Assembly (NCBI GenBank): GCA_045116295.1
Contig: JBGULQ010000013.1
Location: 67,745-131,744, forward strand
DNA: 64,000 nt
Reading direction: 5' to 3'
DNA from: Alphaproteobacteria bacterium
GTDB lineage: Bacteria > Pseudomonadota > Alphaproteobacteria > RF32 > CAG-239
Numbering within the stretch: the first letter of the stretch is position 1; each line of letters begins with the position of its first letter. The notes under the pieces were generated by a model that worked only from the letters and a program-made list of their open reading frames with translations, ran no database searches and was not told the DNA's origin. This document shows, piece by piece, positions 1 to 9,984 of this stretch. The translations under genes were made by a program, and so were the position numbers.

Positions 1-701
1 CGGGCATCATTGATTTTCATCAACTGTTTTTTCTTTACCGAAAAATTGCCACCATACAGGTGATATTTAAATAAAACTTCTTGCAAATTGCAGATTTTAA
101 GGCCTGAAGTTAAAACTTGGCGGATTAGGTCATAATCTTCTGCAGGAGTATATTCTGCATTGTAGCGAATATTGTGTTTTACAATGTCGGCACGGCGGAT
201 CATCATCGATGAATGCATTGAGGTGCAACCGCGCAAGGTTTCTTGTAAAGTTACTTCCGCTGGCTGACGCCATACCCACCCCATGTTTGTAATGAGTTTT
301 TTTATTTGTTCGTATAGACCGTGAGCCGGCATATTGTTAAACAACTCTCCCCAAGTGCCAACGATGGTAATGTCCTTATGTGCGTCTAAAAAAGCTACTT
401 GTTTTTCAAATCGATCAGGCAATGATATATCATCATTATCCATGATTGCCAAATATTCACCTTGTGCCAAATCCATCAATTTGTTTCGACTGCCGGAAAT
501 ACCGAGATTTTGATCATTTTTAAAATATTTAATACGGGAATCTGTATAGGTTTTAATGATTTTTTCTGAGTTGTCCTTTGAACAGTCGTTTAAGAGCAAA
601 AGCTCAAAATCGCGATAAGTTTGGTTCAATATACTATTAATGCTGTTTTCTAAAAATGCCTCAGCGTTATAGACAGGAATAAGTACAGAAATTTTAACCA
701 T
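1..701 (-). CDS. Family 2 glycosyltransferase (N-terminal ~233 codons; C-terminus lies beyond the window start)
   Basis: Open at the window edge, so absent from the ORF track. Reverse-strand ATG at 699-701. Manual translation gives MVKISVLIPVYNAEAFLENSINSILNQTYRDFELLLLNDCSKDNS...GEYLAIMDNDDISLPDRF, the classic GT-A/GT2 N-terminus with a DxD-type acidic motif. Confidence 0.85.
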   Translation of the reverse strand, partial: MVKISVLIPVYNAEAFLENSINSILNQTYRDFELLLLNDCSKDNSEKIIKTYTDSRIKYFKNDQNLGISGSRNKLMDLAQGEYLAIMDNDDISLPDRFEKQVAFLDAHKDITIVGTWGELFNNMPAHGLYEQIKKLITNMGWVWRQPAEVTLQETLRGCTSMHSSMMIRRADIVKHNIRYNAEYTPAEDYDLIRQVLTSGLKICNLQEVLFKYHLYGGNFSVKKKQLMKINDA

Positions 702-792
702 AGCGCGCCTTGTATAGTAAATTTTAACACTTTTTTCTTATCATTTGTTTGATTAAATGTCTATTTTAAAGCTTTTACCTGTTAATAAGGAG

Positions 793-1743
793 ATGCCGAT
801 GAAAAAACTCTTAATTGTTGTGCCGTGCTATAATGAGGAAGAAGTATTACCTTCTACACTCAAGACGATGTCAGAGTTATTAAGTAAAATGATTTCTGAT
901 AAAATGGTGTCACCGGATAGCAGAGTTCATTTTGTTGATGATGGCAGTGCTGATAAAACTTGGGAAATACTGACAAAAGCTTGCAAAAAGGACAAGTTGT
1001 TTGAGGCTAGTAAATTATCACGCAATTTCGGACAATTAGGAGCAATGTTATCAGGTATTTATGATAATGAGGCTGATTTATATTGTACTATTGATTCTGA
1101 TCTACAGGATGATCCAAATTGTATAATAGAAATGGTTGCCAAGATTAAAAATGGCTGTGAAATTGTCTATGGAGTTAGAAAAAAGAGAGATTCTGATGTC
1201 TTTCTAAAACGAATAACAGCAAAATTATTTTATAAAACAATGGCGTTATTAGGGGTGAAGATGATTCCAAATCATTCTACCTTTCGCATGATGACAAAGC
1301 GTGCAGTTGAAGAATTAAAAAAATTTCCTGAACGCAATTTGTTTCTTCCTGCTATGGTACCATTAGTCGGATTTAAGTCTGATATGGTGTACTATGATCG
1401 CTCACCTCGGATGGCAGGACAGACAAAATATTCTATGCGAAAGTTATTGGCATTGGCATGGAATGGAATATCGAGTTTTTCAATTGTTCCTTTGAGATTG
1501 GTTACGCTTATGGGATTTTTAATCTCATTTCTCGGAGCATGTTTTGTATTGAGAATCTTTATTAATTATAATACACATGGTTCTGTATCCGGATGGGCCT
1601 CAACAGTAACACTTATTACATTGTTCAGCGGTGTACAGATGGTGTCTTTAGGCATTATCGGTGAATATATTGCAAAAATATTCGTTGAGGTAAAAAGAAG
1701 ACCTCTGTATATAGTTGATGAAAAGGTTAAAAATGATTTGTGA
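793..1743 (+). CDS. GT2 polyprenyl-phosphate glycosyltransferase (GtrB/ArnC-like, two C-terminal TM helices)
   Basis: ORF 757-1743. KKLLIVVPCYNEEEVL...HFVDDGSADKT...CTIDSDLQDDP is the GtrB/ArnC-type signature, with hydrophobic C-terminal helices. AAGGAG at 787-792 favours an ATG at 793 or 799 over 757. Confidence 0.85.
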   Translation: MPMKKLLIVVPCYNEEEVLPSTLKTMSELLSKMISDKMVSPDSRVHFVDDGSADKTWEILTKACKKDKLFEASKLSRNFGQLGAMLSGIYDNEADLYCTIDSDLQDDPNCIIEMVAKIKNGCEIVYGVRKKRDSDVFLKRITAKLFYKTMALLGVKMIPNHSTFRMMTKRAVEELKKFPERNLFLPAMVPLVGFKSDMVYYDRSPRMAGQTKYSMRKLLALAWNGISSFSIVPLRLVTLMGFLISFLGACFVLRIFINYNTHGSVSGWASTVTLITLFSGVQMVSLGIIGEYIAKIFVEVKRRPLYIVDEKVKNDL

Positions 1744-1750
1744 GGGAAAT

Positions 1751-2581
1751 ATGAAATACACGGGAGAAAGATTTATTCCGCAAAACAAAGCGCAATCAAT
1801 AATGTCTTTAGAACATTATCATAGGTATATATATGCATCACAATATTGTACTAACAAACGTGTTTTGGATATTGCTTGTGGATCAGGATATGGTTCATCA
1901 TTATTAAGTGAGGTTGCTAAAAGTGTTGTCGGCGTAGATATTGATGAGAATGCTATTCAATGGTGTAAGCAATCTTATAATAAAAAAAATCTTATGTTTG
2001 AAGTGAACTCCATTGATGCTATAAATTATCCTGAAAAATCATTTGATATAATTACATGTTTCGAAACAATTGAACACGTCAGTTCGGATCAACAGAAAAA
2101 AGCTATAGAATTATTTGGAAAAATTCTTGAAGATGATGGGCTGTTTTTTTGCTCTACGCCTTCCACAACTTCTCCACTACATATAGAAGATAACAAGTAC
2201 CATGTACATGAACTATCTGAAGATGAATTTTATACTCTTCTATCATCGCATTTTAAATATGTGAGAATCATTGGTCAGTCTGTTTGTTTATGCAGTACAA
2301 TTGGCGATTTTAAGGATAGTAATGGGAGTGTGCATACTACTAATAAATGTAGAACTGGGGATTGTAAATATCTCATAGGTATTTGTTCAAATTCTGATAT
2401 AACATACATAAAAACATCATCTGTATATATTGAGACATCATCTAACATACTAAGAAAACTTACTAAAATCCGAAATAAATTAGGTTGGGCAATTCCTATA
2501 TATAATATTGGAATACAGATGTTGTCTAAAATCTGTCCATTTAAGAAATTCAAACAACGTATAGAGAATTTAAAATGGTGA
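1751..2581 (+). CDS. Class I SAM-dependent methyltransferase
   Basis: ORF 1715-2581. VLDIACGSGYGS (motif I) and DIITCFETIEHV (motif II/III). GAGGGA lies before the ATG at 1751. It overlaps the upstream GT2 stop, consistent with an operon. Confidence 0.85.
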   Translation: MKYTGERFIPQNKAQSIMSLEHYHRYIYASQYCTNKRVLDIACGSGYGSSLLSEVAKSVVGVDIDENAIQWCKQSYNKKNLMFEVNSIDAINYPEKSFDIITCFETIEHVSSDQQKKAIELFGKILEDDGLFFCSTPSTTSPLHIEDNKYHVHELSEDEFYTLLSSHFKYVRIIGQSVCLCSTIGDFKDSNGSVHTTNKCRTGDCKYLIGICSNSDITYIKTSSVYIETSSNILRKLTKIRNKLGWAIPIYNIGIQMLSKICPFKKFKQRIENLKW

Positions 2582-2587
2582 AGTAAA

Positions 2588-2612
2588 AGCCCCGAAAAGC
2601 GGGGCTTTATTT
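2588..2612. terminator. Bidirectional rho-independent terminator between the methyltransferase and rpoD
   Basis: Stem AGCCCCG / CGGGGCT (2588-2594 / 2600-2606), with T-runs on both strands. Confidence 0.75.
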
Positions 2613-4697
2613 TTATTGATCCAAAAATGAGCGTAATTTTCGTGAGCGGCTCGGATGTTTGAGCTTGCGCAAAGCTTTGGCCTCAATCTGGCGAATGCGC
2701 TCACGAGTAACGTTAAACTGTTGTCCAACTTCTTCCAAAGTGTGATCGGTATTCATACCAATGCCAAAACGCATACGTAAAACACGCTCTTCACGCGGTG
2801 TCAATGATGACAGAATGCGAGTGCAAGTTTCCTTCAAGTTGGAGTGAATTGCTGAATCAAGCGGTTGTAATGCACTTTCATCAGGAATAAAATCTCCGAG
2901 TGATGAGTCTTCCTCATCGCCAACAGGAGATTCCAAACTTACCGGCTCTTTAGCAATTTTCATAACTTTACGCACTTTTTCCAAAGGCATGGACAGACGG
3001 GCTGCCAATTCTTCAGGTACGGGCTCTCGTCCCATTTCAGACAGCATTTGACGTGAAGTGCGAACGAGTTTGTTGATTGTTTCGATCATATGCACAGGAA
3101 TACGAATTGTGCGAGCCTGATCGGCAATCGAACGAGTAATTGCTTGGCGTATCCACCATGTGGCATAAGTTGAAAACTTATAACCGCGGCGATATTCAAA
3201 TTTATCAACGGCTTTCATCAAACCGATGTTGCCTTCTTGAATGAGGTCTAAGAATTGTAAACCGCGATTGGTATATTTTTTAGCAATTGAAATGACTAAG
3301 CGCAAGTTGGCTTCAATCATTTCCTTTTTGGCACGTTCTGCTTCGCGTTCACCTTTTTTAATGGTATCAACCATACGGCGGTATTCACTGATCGGTAAAC
3401 CACATTCTTGTGCCATTTGAGCAACACTGTCACGCAGTTCAGTTATTTCGGTTCCGTATTTGGTGACAAATTCTTGCCAGTGCTTATCTTTTTTGAGAGA
3501 TACTTTTTTAAGCCAATCGGGATCGAGTTCTGAAAGTTGATATTCGTTCAGAAAATCATCACGTTTTACCTTGCATGACAATGCGTAGCGTAACAGTTTT
3601 CCCTCAAGTCCCATTAAACGTTTGTTTAAGTCATTGAGTTGCTCGACTAATTGCTCGATTCGGTTAGCATTCAAATGAATTGAACTCATAAGTTCGACCA
3701 ACTCATGTTTTACTTGAATATATTTCTTTTCGAGTGCAGGTTTAACAGACTTTCCGGAGATAATTGCAGAAACACGCTGACTTTGGATCTTTTTCAAATC
3801 ATCATAGTAGCTTGAAATTTTGTTAAGTATCTCAAGAACAGGTTCCCATAATGCTTCTTCCATTGCAGAAACAGAAGCGGAAGAATGACCACTGACATCG
3901 TCTTCATCTATTTCTTCAGCTGTAGCACTAATGCCATCTTCTTCGGTTTCTTCTTTATCGTTCACATCATCAACGTCGTCGCCTTCATCGTCATCAACAG
4001 CACCTTCGAGATCCATATCTTCTTCAAGATCTTCATCAAGCTCATCGAGATTGTTTTCTTTATCGGCAATTTCAGCTGTAACTTTATCCAAGTCCATAAC
4101 ATTTGCGGCACTGTCTTCATCATCGTAAACAATAGCCTCAGGGTCGTCGCCATACATCATTTCAAGATCGACTACGTCTCTGAGTTGCATTTGTCCGCTT
4201 AATAAATCATCTCGCCAAGAGGCAATCGCTTTAATTGTCATCGGGCTCTCGCACAAGCCGTCTATCATAACGGTTTTTCCGGCCTCGATTCTTTTGGCGA
4301 TGGCAATTTCGCCATCTCTTGACAGTAGTTCGACGCTTCCCATTTCTTTGAGGTACATACGGACAGGATCGTCATAACGACCGATATCTTTTTCATCAAG
4401 ATTGCCGCTTTCATCGTATTCTTCGGTATTTTCTTCGTTTTCTTCAGGTTCGAAGTTATCTGCGTCCGATTCGGATATAATACTGATGCCCATATCCGAA
4501 ATTTCAGCCATAATATCTTCAATTTGCTCAGATGATTCTTTTTCGGAAGGTAGGGCTTTATTCAGTTCCTCAACTGTAATATAGCCACGTGTTTTTCCTT
4601 TTTCGATAATCCGCTTTACAGCACTGCCCAAGCTGTCTATAAGCGGGGCATCTGAAGCGTTCGAATCATAAAATTCTTGATTTTCTGTATCTGACAT
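2613..4697 (-). CDS. rpoD: RNA polymerase sigma-70 factor RpoD
   Basis: 694 aa. Regions 2-4 are unmistakable ([86 protein letters not shown]). A long acidic spacer follows region 1. Confidence 0.99.
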   Translation of the reverse strand: MSDTENQEFYDSNASDAPLIDSLGSAVKRIIEKGKTRGYITVEELNKALPSEKESSEQIEDIMAEISDMGISIISESDADNFEPEENEENTEEYDESGNLDEKDIGRYDDPVRMYLKEMGSVELLSRDGEIAIAKRIEAGKTVMIDGLCESPMTIKAIASWRDDLLSGQMQLRDVVDLEMMYGDDPEAIVYDDEDSAANVMDLDKVTAEIADKENNLDELDEDLEEDMDLEGAVDDDEGDDVDDVNDKEETEEDGISATAEEIDEDDVSGHSSASVSAMEEALWEPVLEILNKISSYYDDLKKIQSQRVSAIISGKSVKPALEKKYIQVKHELVELMSSIHLNANRIEQLVEQLNDLNKRLMGLEGKLLRYALSCKVKRDDFLNEYQLSELDPDWLKKVSLKKDKHWQEFVTKYGTEITELRDSVAQMAQECGLPISEYRRMVDTIKKGEREAERAKKEMIEANLRLVISIAKKYTNRGLQFLDLIQEGNIGLMKAVDKFEYRRGYKFSTYATWWIRQAITRSIADQARTIRIPVHMIETINKLVRTSRQMLSEMGREPVPEELAARLSMPLEKVRKVMKIAKEPVSLESPVGDEEDSSLGDFIPDESALQPLDSAIHSNLKETCTRILSSLTPREERVLRMRFGIGMNTDHTLEEVGQQFNVTRERIRQIEAKALRKLKHPSRSRKLRSFLDQ

Positions 4698-4872
4698 TTG
4701 TTTTCCTAAAATCGATCTTAGTCCTCTTTAAAGAGGATAAAAATTTGCTAGCGGCTATTCTTTTAATTATTTTTTGATTATTTGTCAATAAAACGTTTGT
4801 GTTTTGAGCGATATTTTAATACTTCTGTAACATAAATATGCCTGTAGCGGTGTTTTTAAAGTACCTTTTGCG

Positions 4873-6672
4873 TTAAATGTTTTTTTCATTGAGCAAGGCC
4901 TGACGATCTTTTTTTAGCATTTCATAGCGTTCATAAATATCGTCAGAAAACGACTCGGAGGTTTCCATAACCCGCAAACAATCTTTTATCTCTCTTTCAA
5001 TCTGTCCGAGTTGCATTTCAAGGATTTTGTTGCGTATTTCTTCACGGACCTTGGTTACAAACAGATTTTGCTGCTTTAGCATTTTGAATTCCCACAATGA
5101 TGATATAATTTTACCAAAATCAGATGATGAAAGCTCTGCTATTAGGTTTTCAGACGTCAGATTATCGTTATTGTGGCTGATATCAGTCATTTTTTCCCAT
5201 AGCGTATTGAGTTCGGCACTGGGAATTTCAAACATTCCGAGTTGTTCCTCAAATTCGCCGATTAATTCCGGACAATAAATCAAAGCAGATAGCACAAAAC
5301 GAGCAACATTCTCGTCCAGTGAGCGTCTTACCTTGAGATTCTCACGAACAACTCTGCGTTGGGGTATTTTGTTTTTTGCAGGTACAGAAGCTGTAGATTG
5401 AGGACGGCGAATTTCGTTGTATATACGTGAACGGATATCCTGCAGGTAATACCCCCTAACCTTTTCATCGGTTATTTTGCTGATTTCTTCATAAATGTTT
5501 TTTTCAAACATAGCTTTTTGTTCAGGGGTATCAGTGGGTTGTGTCTGTAAATTTTTGCGCCAGAGTAAATCAGCCAACGGTGTTGTGTTGGTGATTGCTT
5601 TTTCATATTCTTCGGCTCCTTTTGCTTTTAGAAATTCGTCCGGATCCATCTTGTCGGGCAAAAAGACATATTTGAGAGAATATCCGGGTTTGAGTATCGG
5701 CAAAACTCTATCAACAGAGCGAACGGCGGCACGGATTCCGGCACTGTCACCATCAAAGCAAAGTGTCGGTTCGGGGCAGATTTTCCATGCTTCTTGAATT
5801 TGGTCTTCAGTCAAAGCGGTACCTAGCGGGGCAACTGCATAATCAAAGCCGTATTTAGACTGCGCAATTACATCCATATAGCCCTCACAAACAATGATAC
5901 GCTTGTTTTCATAGGCTTTGTCACGCGCATAGTTTAAATTATACAGCACTTTGCGTTTATTAAAAATCGGGGTTTCTGGCGAGTTGAGGTATTTGGGTTG
6001 CTCGTTGCCCATAACTCGACCACCAAAGCCGATAATCCGGCTGCGTTTATCCATAATCGGGATAATTACACGGTTGCGGAAAAAGTCGTAAACTTTGGAA
6101 TTTTTCTCGGATAACACCGCAAGACCTAATTCTATCATATCGCTTTCAGAAACATTTTTGGAAAGCAAATACGCGTGTAAGCCATTGTTATCAGGTGCAT
6201 AGCCGAGGCGAAATTTTTTGATGATAGCGTCATCAAAACCGCGGCGATCCAGATATTCAAAAGCCTCATGCCCGCTCGGCAACAATAGATTTTTTTCAAA
6301 AAAGCCGGCGGCTAACTCCATGATTTCGTACCAAGAACTGCGATGTTTGGCTTCTTCTTCATTTTCACGGCTAAACTGGGGAACTTTTAATCCGGCTTTG
6401 TTGGCTAGTTTGGTAACAGCGTCCATAAACGGAAGTCCACCGGCTTCCATCTCAAATTTGATGACATCACCATGGGCACCGCAACCAAAGCAATGGTAAA
6501 AACCTTTGGCTTCATTGACGGTAAAAGATGGCGTTTTTTCGTTATGGAAAGGGCACAGACCGGTATATTCCCGACCTTTACGCACGAGTTTTACTCTGGC
6601 TCCGACCACATCGGCAATCGGAACTTTGGCGCGAATTTCATCAAGGAATCTATGAAAGTCTGTGTTTTCCAT
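4873..6672 (-). CDS. dnaG: DNA primase DnaG
   Basis: 599 aa. Zinc ribbon CPFHNEKTPSFTVNEAKGFYHCFGCGAHGD and the TOPRIM EGYMDV motif. Confidence 0.98.
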   Translation of the reverse strand: MENTDFHRFLDEIRAKVPIADVVGARVKLVRKGREYTGLCPFHNEKTPSFTVNEAKGFYHCFGCGAHGDVIKFEMEAGGLPFMDAVTKLANKAGLKVPQFSRENEEEAKHRSSWYEIMELAAGFFEKNLLLPSGHEAFEYLDRRGFDDAIIKKFRLGYAPDNNGLHAYLLSKNVSESDMIELGLAVLSEKNSKVYDFFRNRVIIPIMDKRSRIIGFGGRVMGNEQPKYLNSPETPIFNKRKVLYNLNYARDKAYENKRIIVCEGYMDVIAQSKYGFDYAVAPLGTALTEDQIQEAWKICPEPTLCFDGDSAGIRAAVRSVDRVLPILKPGYSLKYVFLPDKMDPDEFLKAKGAEEYEKAITNTTPLADLLWRKNLQTQPTDTPEQKAMFEKNIYEEISKITDEKVRGYYLQDIRSRIYNEIRRPQSTASVPAKNKIPQRRVVRENLKVRRSLDENVARFVLSALIYCPELIGEFEEQLGMFEIPSAELNTLWEKMTDISHNNDNLTSENLIAELSSSDFGKIISSLWEFKMLKQQNLFVTKVREEIRNKILEMQLGQIEREIKDCLRVMETSESFSDDIYERYEMLKKDRQALLNEKNI

Positions 6673-6676
6673 CGGT

Positions 6677-7132
6677 TTATTTGCTCAAGGCGGCCTTGAT
6701 TTTTCCGCTGGCAGAACCAAAATCCATCTGTCCGGCGTATTTTTCACGGAGTTTGCCCATAACTGCTCCCATGTCTTTCATTGATGAGGCATTGAGCTCG
6801 GCAATGATTGAAGCTATGGCGGCCTCAACTTCGGCATCACTCATTTGTTTGGGCAGAAAAGATTGAATGATTGAAATTTCTTTTTCTTCTTTTTCAGCCA
6901 GTTCCGGACGGTTGCCGTCACGATACATTTTGGCTGATTCCTGACGTTGTTTAATCATAGTTTGCATCATAGACATCAAATCTGCTTCGGCGGCGCATTC
7001 TTTGCCTTTGCCACGGGCATCGACATCTTTTTCTTTTATACCGGCCAAAATCATGCGGGCGGTGCTAAGTCTGTCAGCATCATGGTTTTTCATAGAATCT
7101 TTGATTGCGTTTTGAATATCATCTCTTAACAT
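6677..7132 (-). CDS. GatB/YqeY domain-containing protein
   Basis: 151 aa. The LRDDIQNAIKDSMKNHD...AGIKEKDVDARGKG...EEKEISIIQSFLP pattern is typical of the YqeY family. It sits 4 nt upstream of dnaG (yqeY-dnaG-rpoD operon). Confidence 0.9.
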   Translation of the reverse strand: MLRDDIQNAIKDSMKNHDADRLSTARMILAGIKEKDVDARGKGKECAAEADLMSMMQTMIKQRQESAKMYRDGNRPELAEKEEKEISIIQSFLPKQMSDAEVEAAIASIIAELNASSMKDMGAVMGKLREKYAGQMDFGSASGKIKAALSK

Positions 7133-7193
7133 CAGAATTTCTCCTTATTTTTCACCTGATATTGAAAATATACCTGCATATTACAAAATGCAA

Positions 7194-7242
7194 TAAAAAA
7201 GAAGAAAGCGCGTTCTCCTTATTAGGAAAAGGCGCTTTCTTC
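7194..7242 (-). terminator. Rho-independent terminator after the small ORF at 7258-7356
   Basis: 11-bp perfect stem GAAGAAAGCGC / GCGCTTTCTTC (7201-7211 / 7232-7242), followed by a T-run on the minus strand. Confidence 0.6.
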
Positions 7243-7257
7243 AGCTTAGTTGTGTCA

Positions 7258-7356
7258 TTAGCCGAAAATCAAACAGCCGCCGAGCGTCGCGATCAGTACA
7301 ACGAGGGCTCCAATTGCGGTTGGTACAATTTCTTTTTTAAAGATTTCATCAGTCAT
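7258..7356 (-). CDS. Possible 32-aa single-TM membrane peptide (below the ORF-track size cutoff)
   Basis: Manual translation: MTDEIFKKEIVPTAIGALVVLIATLGGCLIFG*. It has a hydrophobic helix and its own downstream terminator. No family recognised. Confidence 0.35.
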   Translation of the reverse strand: MTDEIFKKEIVPTAIGALVVLIATLGGCLIFG

Positions 7357-7445
7357 GATACTAAGGTTTTAATAGTTTATAATATGCGAATAATTGTCAA
7401 TCGTGTTTTTGTATAATACTTTTGAGAATCAAAATTAAGTTTTTT

Positions 7446-9266
7446 TTAGAAATAAAATCGAACAGAAGTCATAAATTCTTCAGAATCAATACCTTTGCTG
7501 TTGTCTTCAAATTTATATTCGCCAGAAAGTCCCCAGTTGGTTGAAAGCGGAATGTTGGCCTCCAGTTTATAAGTCTTGGTGTTGGCAAACCAGGTTGTGC
7601 CAAACATTTGTTTAGCTTCAGCCAATAGTTTAAAATCACGAAAATGTAAAAAAGCTCCGCCGGCAAAGGAAATACCGGCATAGGCGTTGTGAGGCAGAAA
7701 ACCGCCGTATGCACCCTCTACTCCGCCATTTATATATCCCCATAAATGCGGCAGAATTTCTATGGTAGCACCGCCGTCAACATGGAGTCTGGTAGCATAG
7801 CCTTCTTTTTGATCAGTCGGGTTAAAAGCGCGCCATATATCCCAGTTGATACCGAAAGATGTCGGAGTAAACATATAGTTTATCGGTGAAAGTGAGCGTA
7901 TGCCTAAAATATTAAACTCGCTCAATACGGTTTTATGCGATTTGTCATAATGGCGCCAACGACTGTTTAAAAAGTTGATTTCAGCTCCGGTCAGCAAGCC
8001 ATAGTCATTATCGGTCAAGGAGTGATAAGCCGGACGATAAGATATTTCTTGAAAAGCCTCGCCTCGTAATTTGCCAAAGCCCAAAGTGGCACGCATGGCC
8101 TCGTGAGATTTAAGCGGAGAGCGACCTTTTGGGGTTTCGGTCATTTTAGCTTTTTGATTTTGCAATTTGTTGCGAGCCATAAGCCCCATAAAACTGCGAC
8201 GACGATATTCTTTGAGATCAAATTTTTTTTTTACAAATTGGTACTGCACATATTGATAAGCGGTTTCCAAAACATCGGATTTTTCGTCATCAGGAAGATT
8301 GTTTAAGCTGTAATCTTGATTGTGAATCGCTTTGATAAAAGCACGTTTTTGTTGCCGGTTCATCTGCTTAGCACGATGAATAATTTTTGCCTGTCGTGAC
8401 GGGCGGTAGTTGACTGATTTTATTATATTTTGACTGCGAAAGACGGCTTTGATGGTATCTACCGGAATGGTCTGAGCCGGAAATTTATCAGCCAAATGTA
8501 ATGACGGGCGAACGGCGTCAAGGGCTTCCATAATCATATAAGAGCAGTTTTTGGAAAAGAAATAGTAACGAGTTTGAGTTTGCCCCATCTCCCAGAGGTG
8601 AGCAACAAACATCTCAATTTCTTGCGGAGTTAAGTCGAGGTTGAGCTCCCAAATATCACGGTTTTCGATATTGTTATAGGTATTGATGATGTCATAATAA
8701 GGTTTGACCGTCCAGCCACCGTAATATCCACCTGTAAGACCGTAAACCGCAAACAATACGCTGTTTTCACCGTCGGTATACGCGCCATAGTTAGCACCAT
8801 GAGCCAATAATTGAGTACCCTTGCGTGCGGTGTCAATGCGTAACAGGGTATGACCGAAAAGTGAGGATGGATTGTTCATATAAGCATCAGTAAACAGCAA
8901 GGTTATGCCGGAGGGATTGAGGTCTGATTTGAACTGATTATAGTCTTTACAATCTACTTTAATTTGTTCTATTAATTTATTGTTTAATAAAAATATATAT
9001 CGAGCCGGAAACAGGCATATTTTGTCCTTGTCGGTGCCGTCCTGAAACAATTTTAGGGTAGCATCAAGCTCTGATTTTGGGTTGGTACGCCCGTCTTGCG
9101 CCAAAAAGAAATTGTCACTGTCTATGCTTGATTTGTAGCCACCGAACCAACGCGGGCGATAATGGACGAGCGAGAGCCATTCGGAAGAATAAGCAAGCTC
9201 GTTTGGGGCTGCCGAACTTAATGACGGCAAAAGCAGGCATAAAACTATTGTAAGCAGGCGCAACAT
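7446..9266 (-). CDS. DUF4105 (Lnb N-terminal periplasmic domain) protein with signal peptide
   Basis: ORF 7446-9296. The SLFGHTLLRID motif plus overall size fit DUF4105. The track start (TTG, 9296) lies inside the upstream terminator hairpin, so the ATG at 9266 (MLRLLTIVLCLLLPSLSSA) is preferred. Confidence 0.75.
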   Translation of the reverse strand: MLRLLTIVLCLLLPSLSSAAPNELAYSSEWLSLVHYRPRWFGGYKSSIDSDNFFLAQDGRTNPKSELDATLKLFQDGTDKDKICLFPARYIFLLNNKLIEQIKVDCKDYNQFKSDLNPSGITLLFTDAYMNNPSSLFGHTLLRIDTARKGTQLLAHGANYGAYTDGENSVLFAVYGLTGGYYGGWTVKPYYDIINTYNNIENRDIWELNLDLTPQEIEMFVAHLWEMGQTQTRYYFFSKNCSYMIMEALDAVRPSLHLADKFPAQTIPVDTIKAVFRSQNIIKSVNYRPSRQAKIIHRAKQMNRQQKRAFIKAIHNQDYSLNNLPDDEKSDVLETAYQYVQYQFVKKKFDLKEYRRRSFMGLMARNKLQNQKAKMTETPKGRSPLKSHEAMRATLGFGKLRGEAFQEISYRPAYHSLTDNDYGLLTGAEINFLNSRWRHYDKSHKTVLSEFNILGIRSLSPINYMFTPTSFGINWDIWRAFNPTDQKEGYATRLHVDGGATIEILPHLWGYINGGVEGAYGGFLPHNAYAGISFAGGAFLHFRDFKLLAEAKQMFGTTWFANTKTYKLEANIPLSTNWGLSGEYKFEDNSKGIDSEEFMTSVRFYF

Positions 9267-9271
9267 AGAAA

Positions 9272-9303
9272 CAAAAAAGGCTCTTGTTGTTGGCAAGAGC
9301 CTT
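9272..9303 (-). terminator. Rho-independent terminator of the DUF3015 gene
   Basis: 10-bp stem AAGGCTCTTG / CAAGAGCCTT (9277-9286 / 9294-9303), with a T-run on the minus strand. Confidence 0.7.
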
Positions 9304-9319
9304 TATTTTACTTGAAAGA

Positions 9320-9775
9320 TTAAGCCTTCAACATAGCAAAGATTTGCTGTGTTACATAAATGGCGTCAACGTTGCTGTCAGGGAAAATAGCAGCAAAGTT
9401 CTGCTGAGATTTTTTAGCAAATTCAGCCTTGTCAACATTCAAAATACCGGCCAGAGTATCAAGGGTTTCGCCCTCGCCTCTTGAAGCGTCAAGAGCATAT
9501 TGTTCCATGTTGTTTTCAAGGAAGCTGAATACCATTCTCTGAGTACCGCCACTTACACGACCGTTAGGATCGCAACCAGATGTACCAAAGGTGATACCAA
9601 ATGTTTGGTTGCCGAAAGTGCCGTTAGTGGTAACAGCCAAAACTTGCGGAGCAATACCACTTTGTCCACGCCAAGCCATAGAACCTAAACCGCAACCGGT
9701 GCTGTCATGAGCTTCAACCGGATTAACTGCCAACAAAGCAGCGCATGCAGCTGACAAGATGTATAATTTTTTCAT
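9320..9775 (-). CDS. DUF3015 domain-containing secreted protein
   Basis: ORF 9320-9790. Signal peptide, then GCGLGSMAWRGQSGI...TTNGTFGNQTFGITFGTSGC, which matches my recollection of the DUF3015 family. GGAGA sits 8 nt before the ATG at 9775. Confidence 0.65.
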   Translation of the reverse strand: MKKLYILSAACAALLAVNPVEAHDSTGCGLGSMAWRGQSGIAPQVLAVTTNGTFGNQTFGITFGTSGCDPNGRVSGGTQRMVFSFLENNMEQYALDASRGEGETLDTLAGILNVDKAEFAKKSQQNFAAIFPDSNVDAIYVTQQIFAMLKA

Positions 9776-9984
9776 TCTAAAAGTCTCCAATTAGTGTTTA
9801 TAAACATTTTGACTATATCATGATGGCTACATATTAAAAGCAAAAAAACAACTCACACACAAAATATTTAGCTTGCAAAAAGAATTATTTTGTTTTATAA
9901 AGGACTCAAATTTGATGAACATGACTGTGGAAAGTTTTGCTTTTCCAGTCAAATTTTTTTCGCTTAATTTAATGAGGTGATAAA

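Noticed and set aside
3885-4584. Several 60-105-aa ORFs on both strands inside rpoD (3885-4202, 3931-4128, 3962-4153, 4265-4522, 4402-4584)
   Set aside because: They fall in the repetitive acidic GAT/GAA-rich spacer of RpoD. That region generates long stop-free frames on both strands (Ser/Phe/Ile-rich nonsense). They have no RBS and are fully embedded in a certain gene.
7105-7416. 103-aa plus-strand ORF spanning the yqeY promoter region
   Set aside because: It overlaps the yqeY start and the terminator hairpin. It has no RBS and low-complexity composition. The minus-strand 32-aa ORF plus terminator explains the region better.
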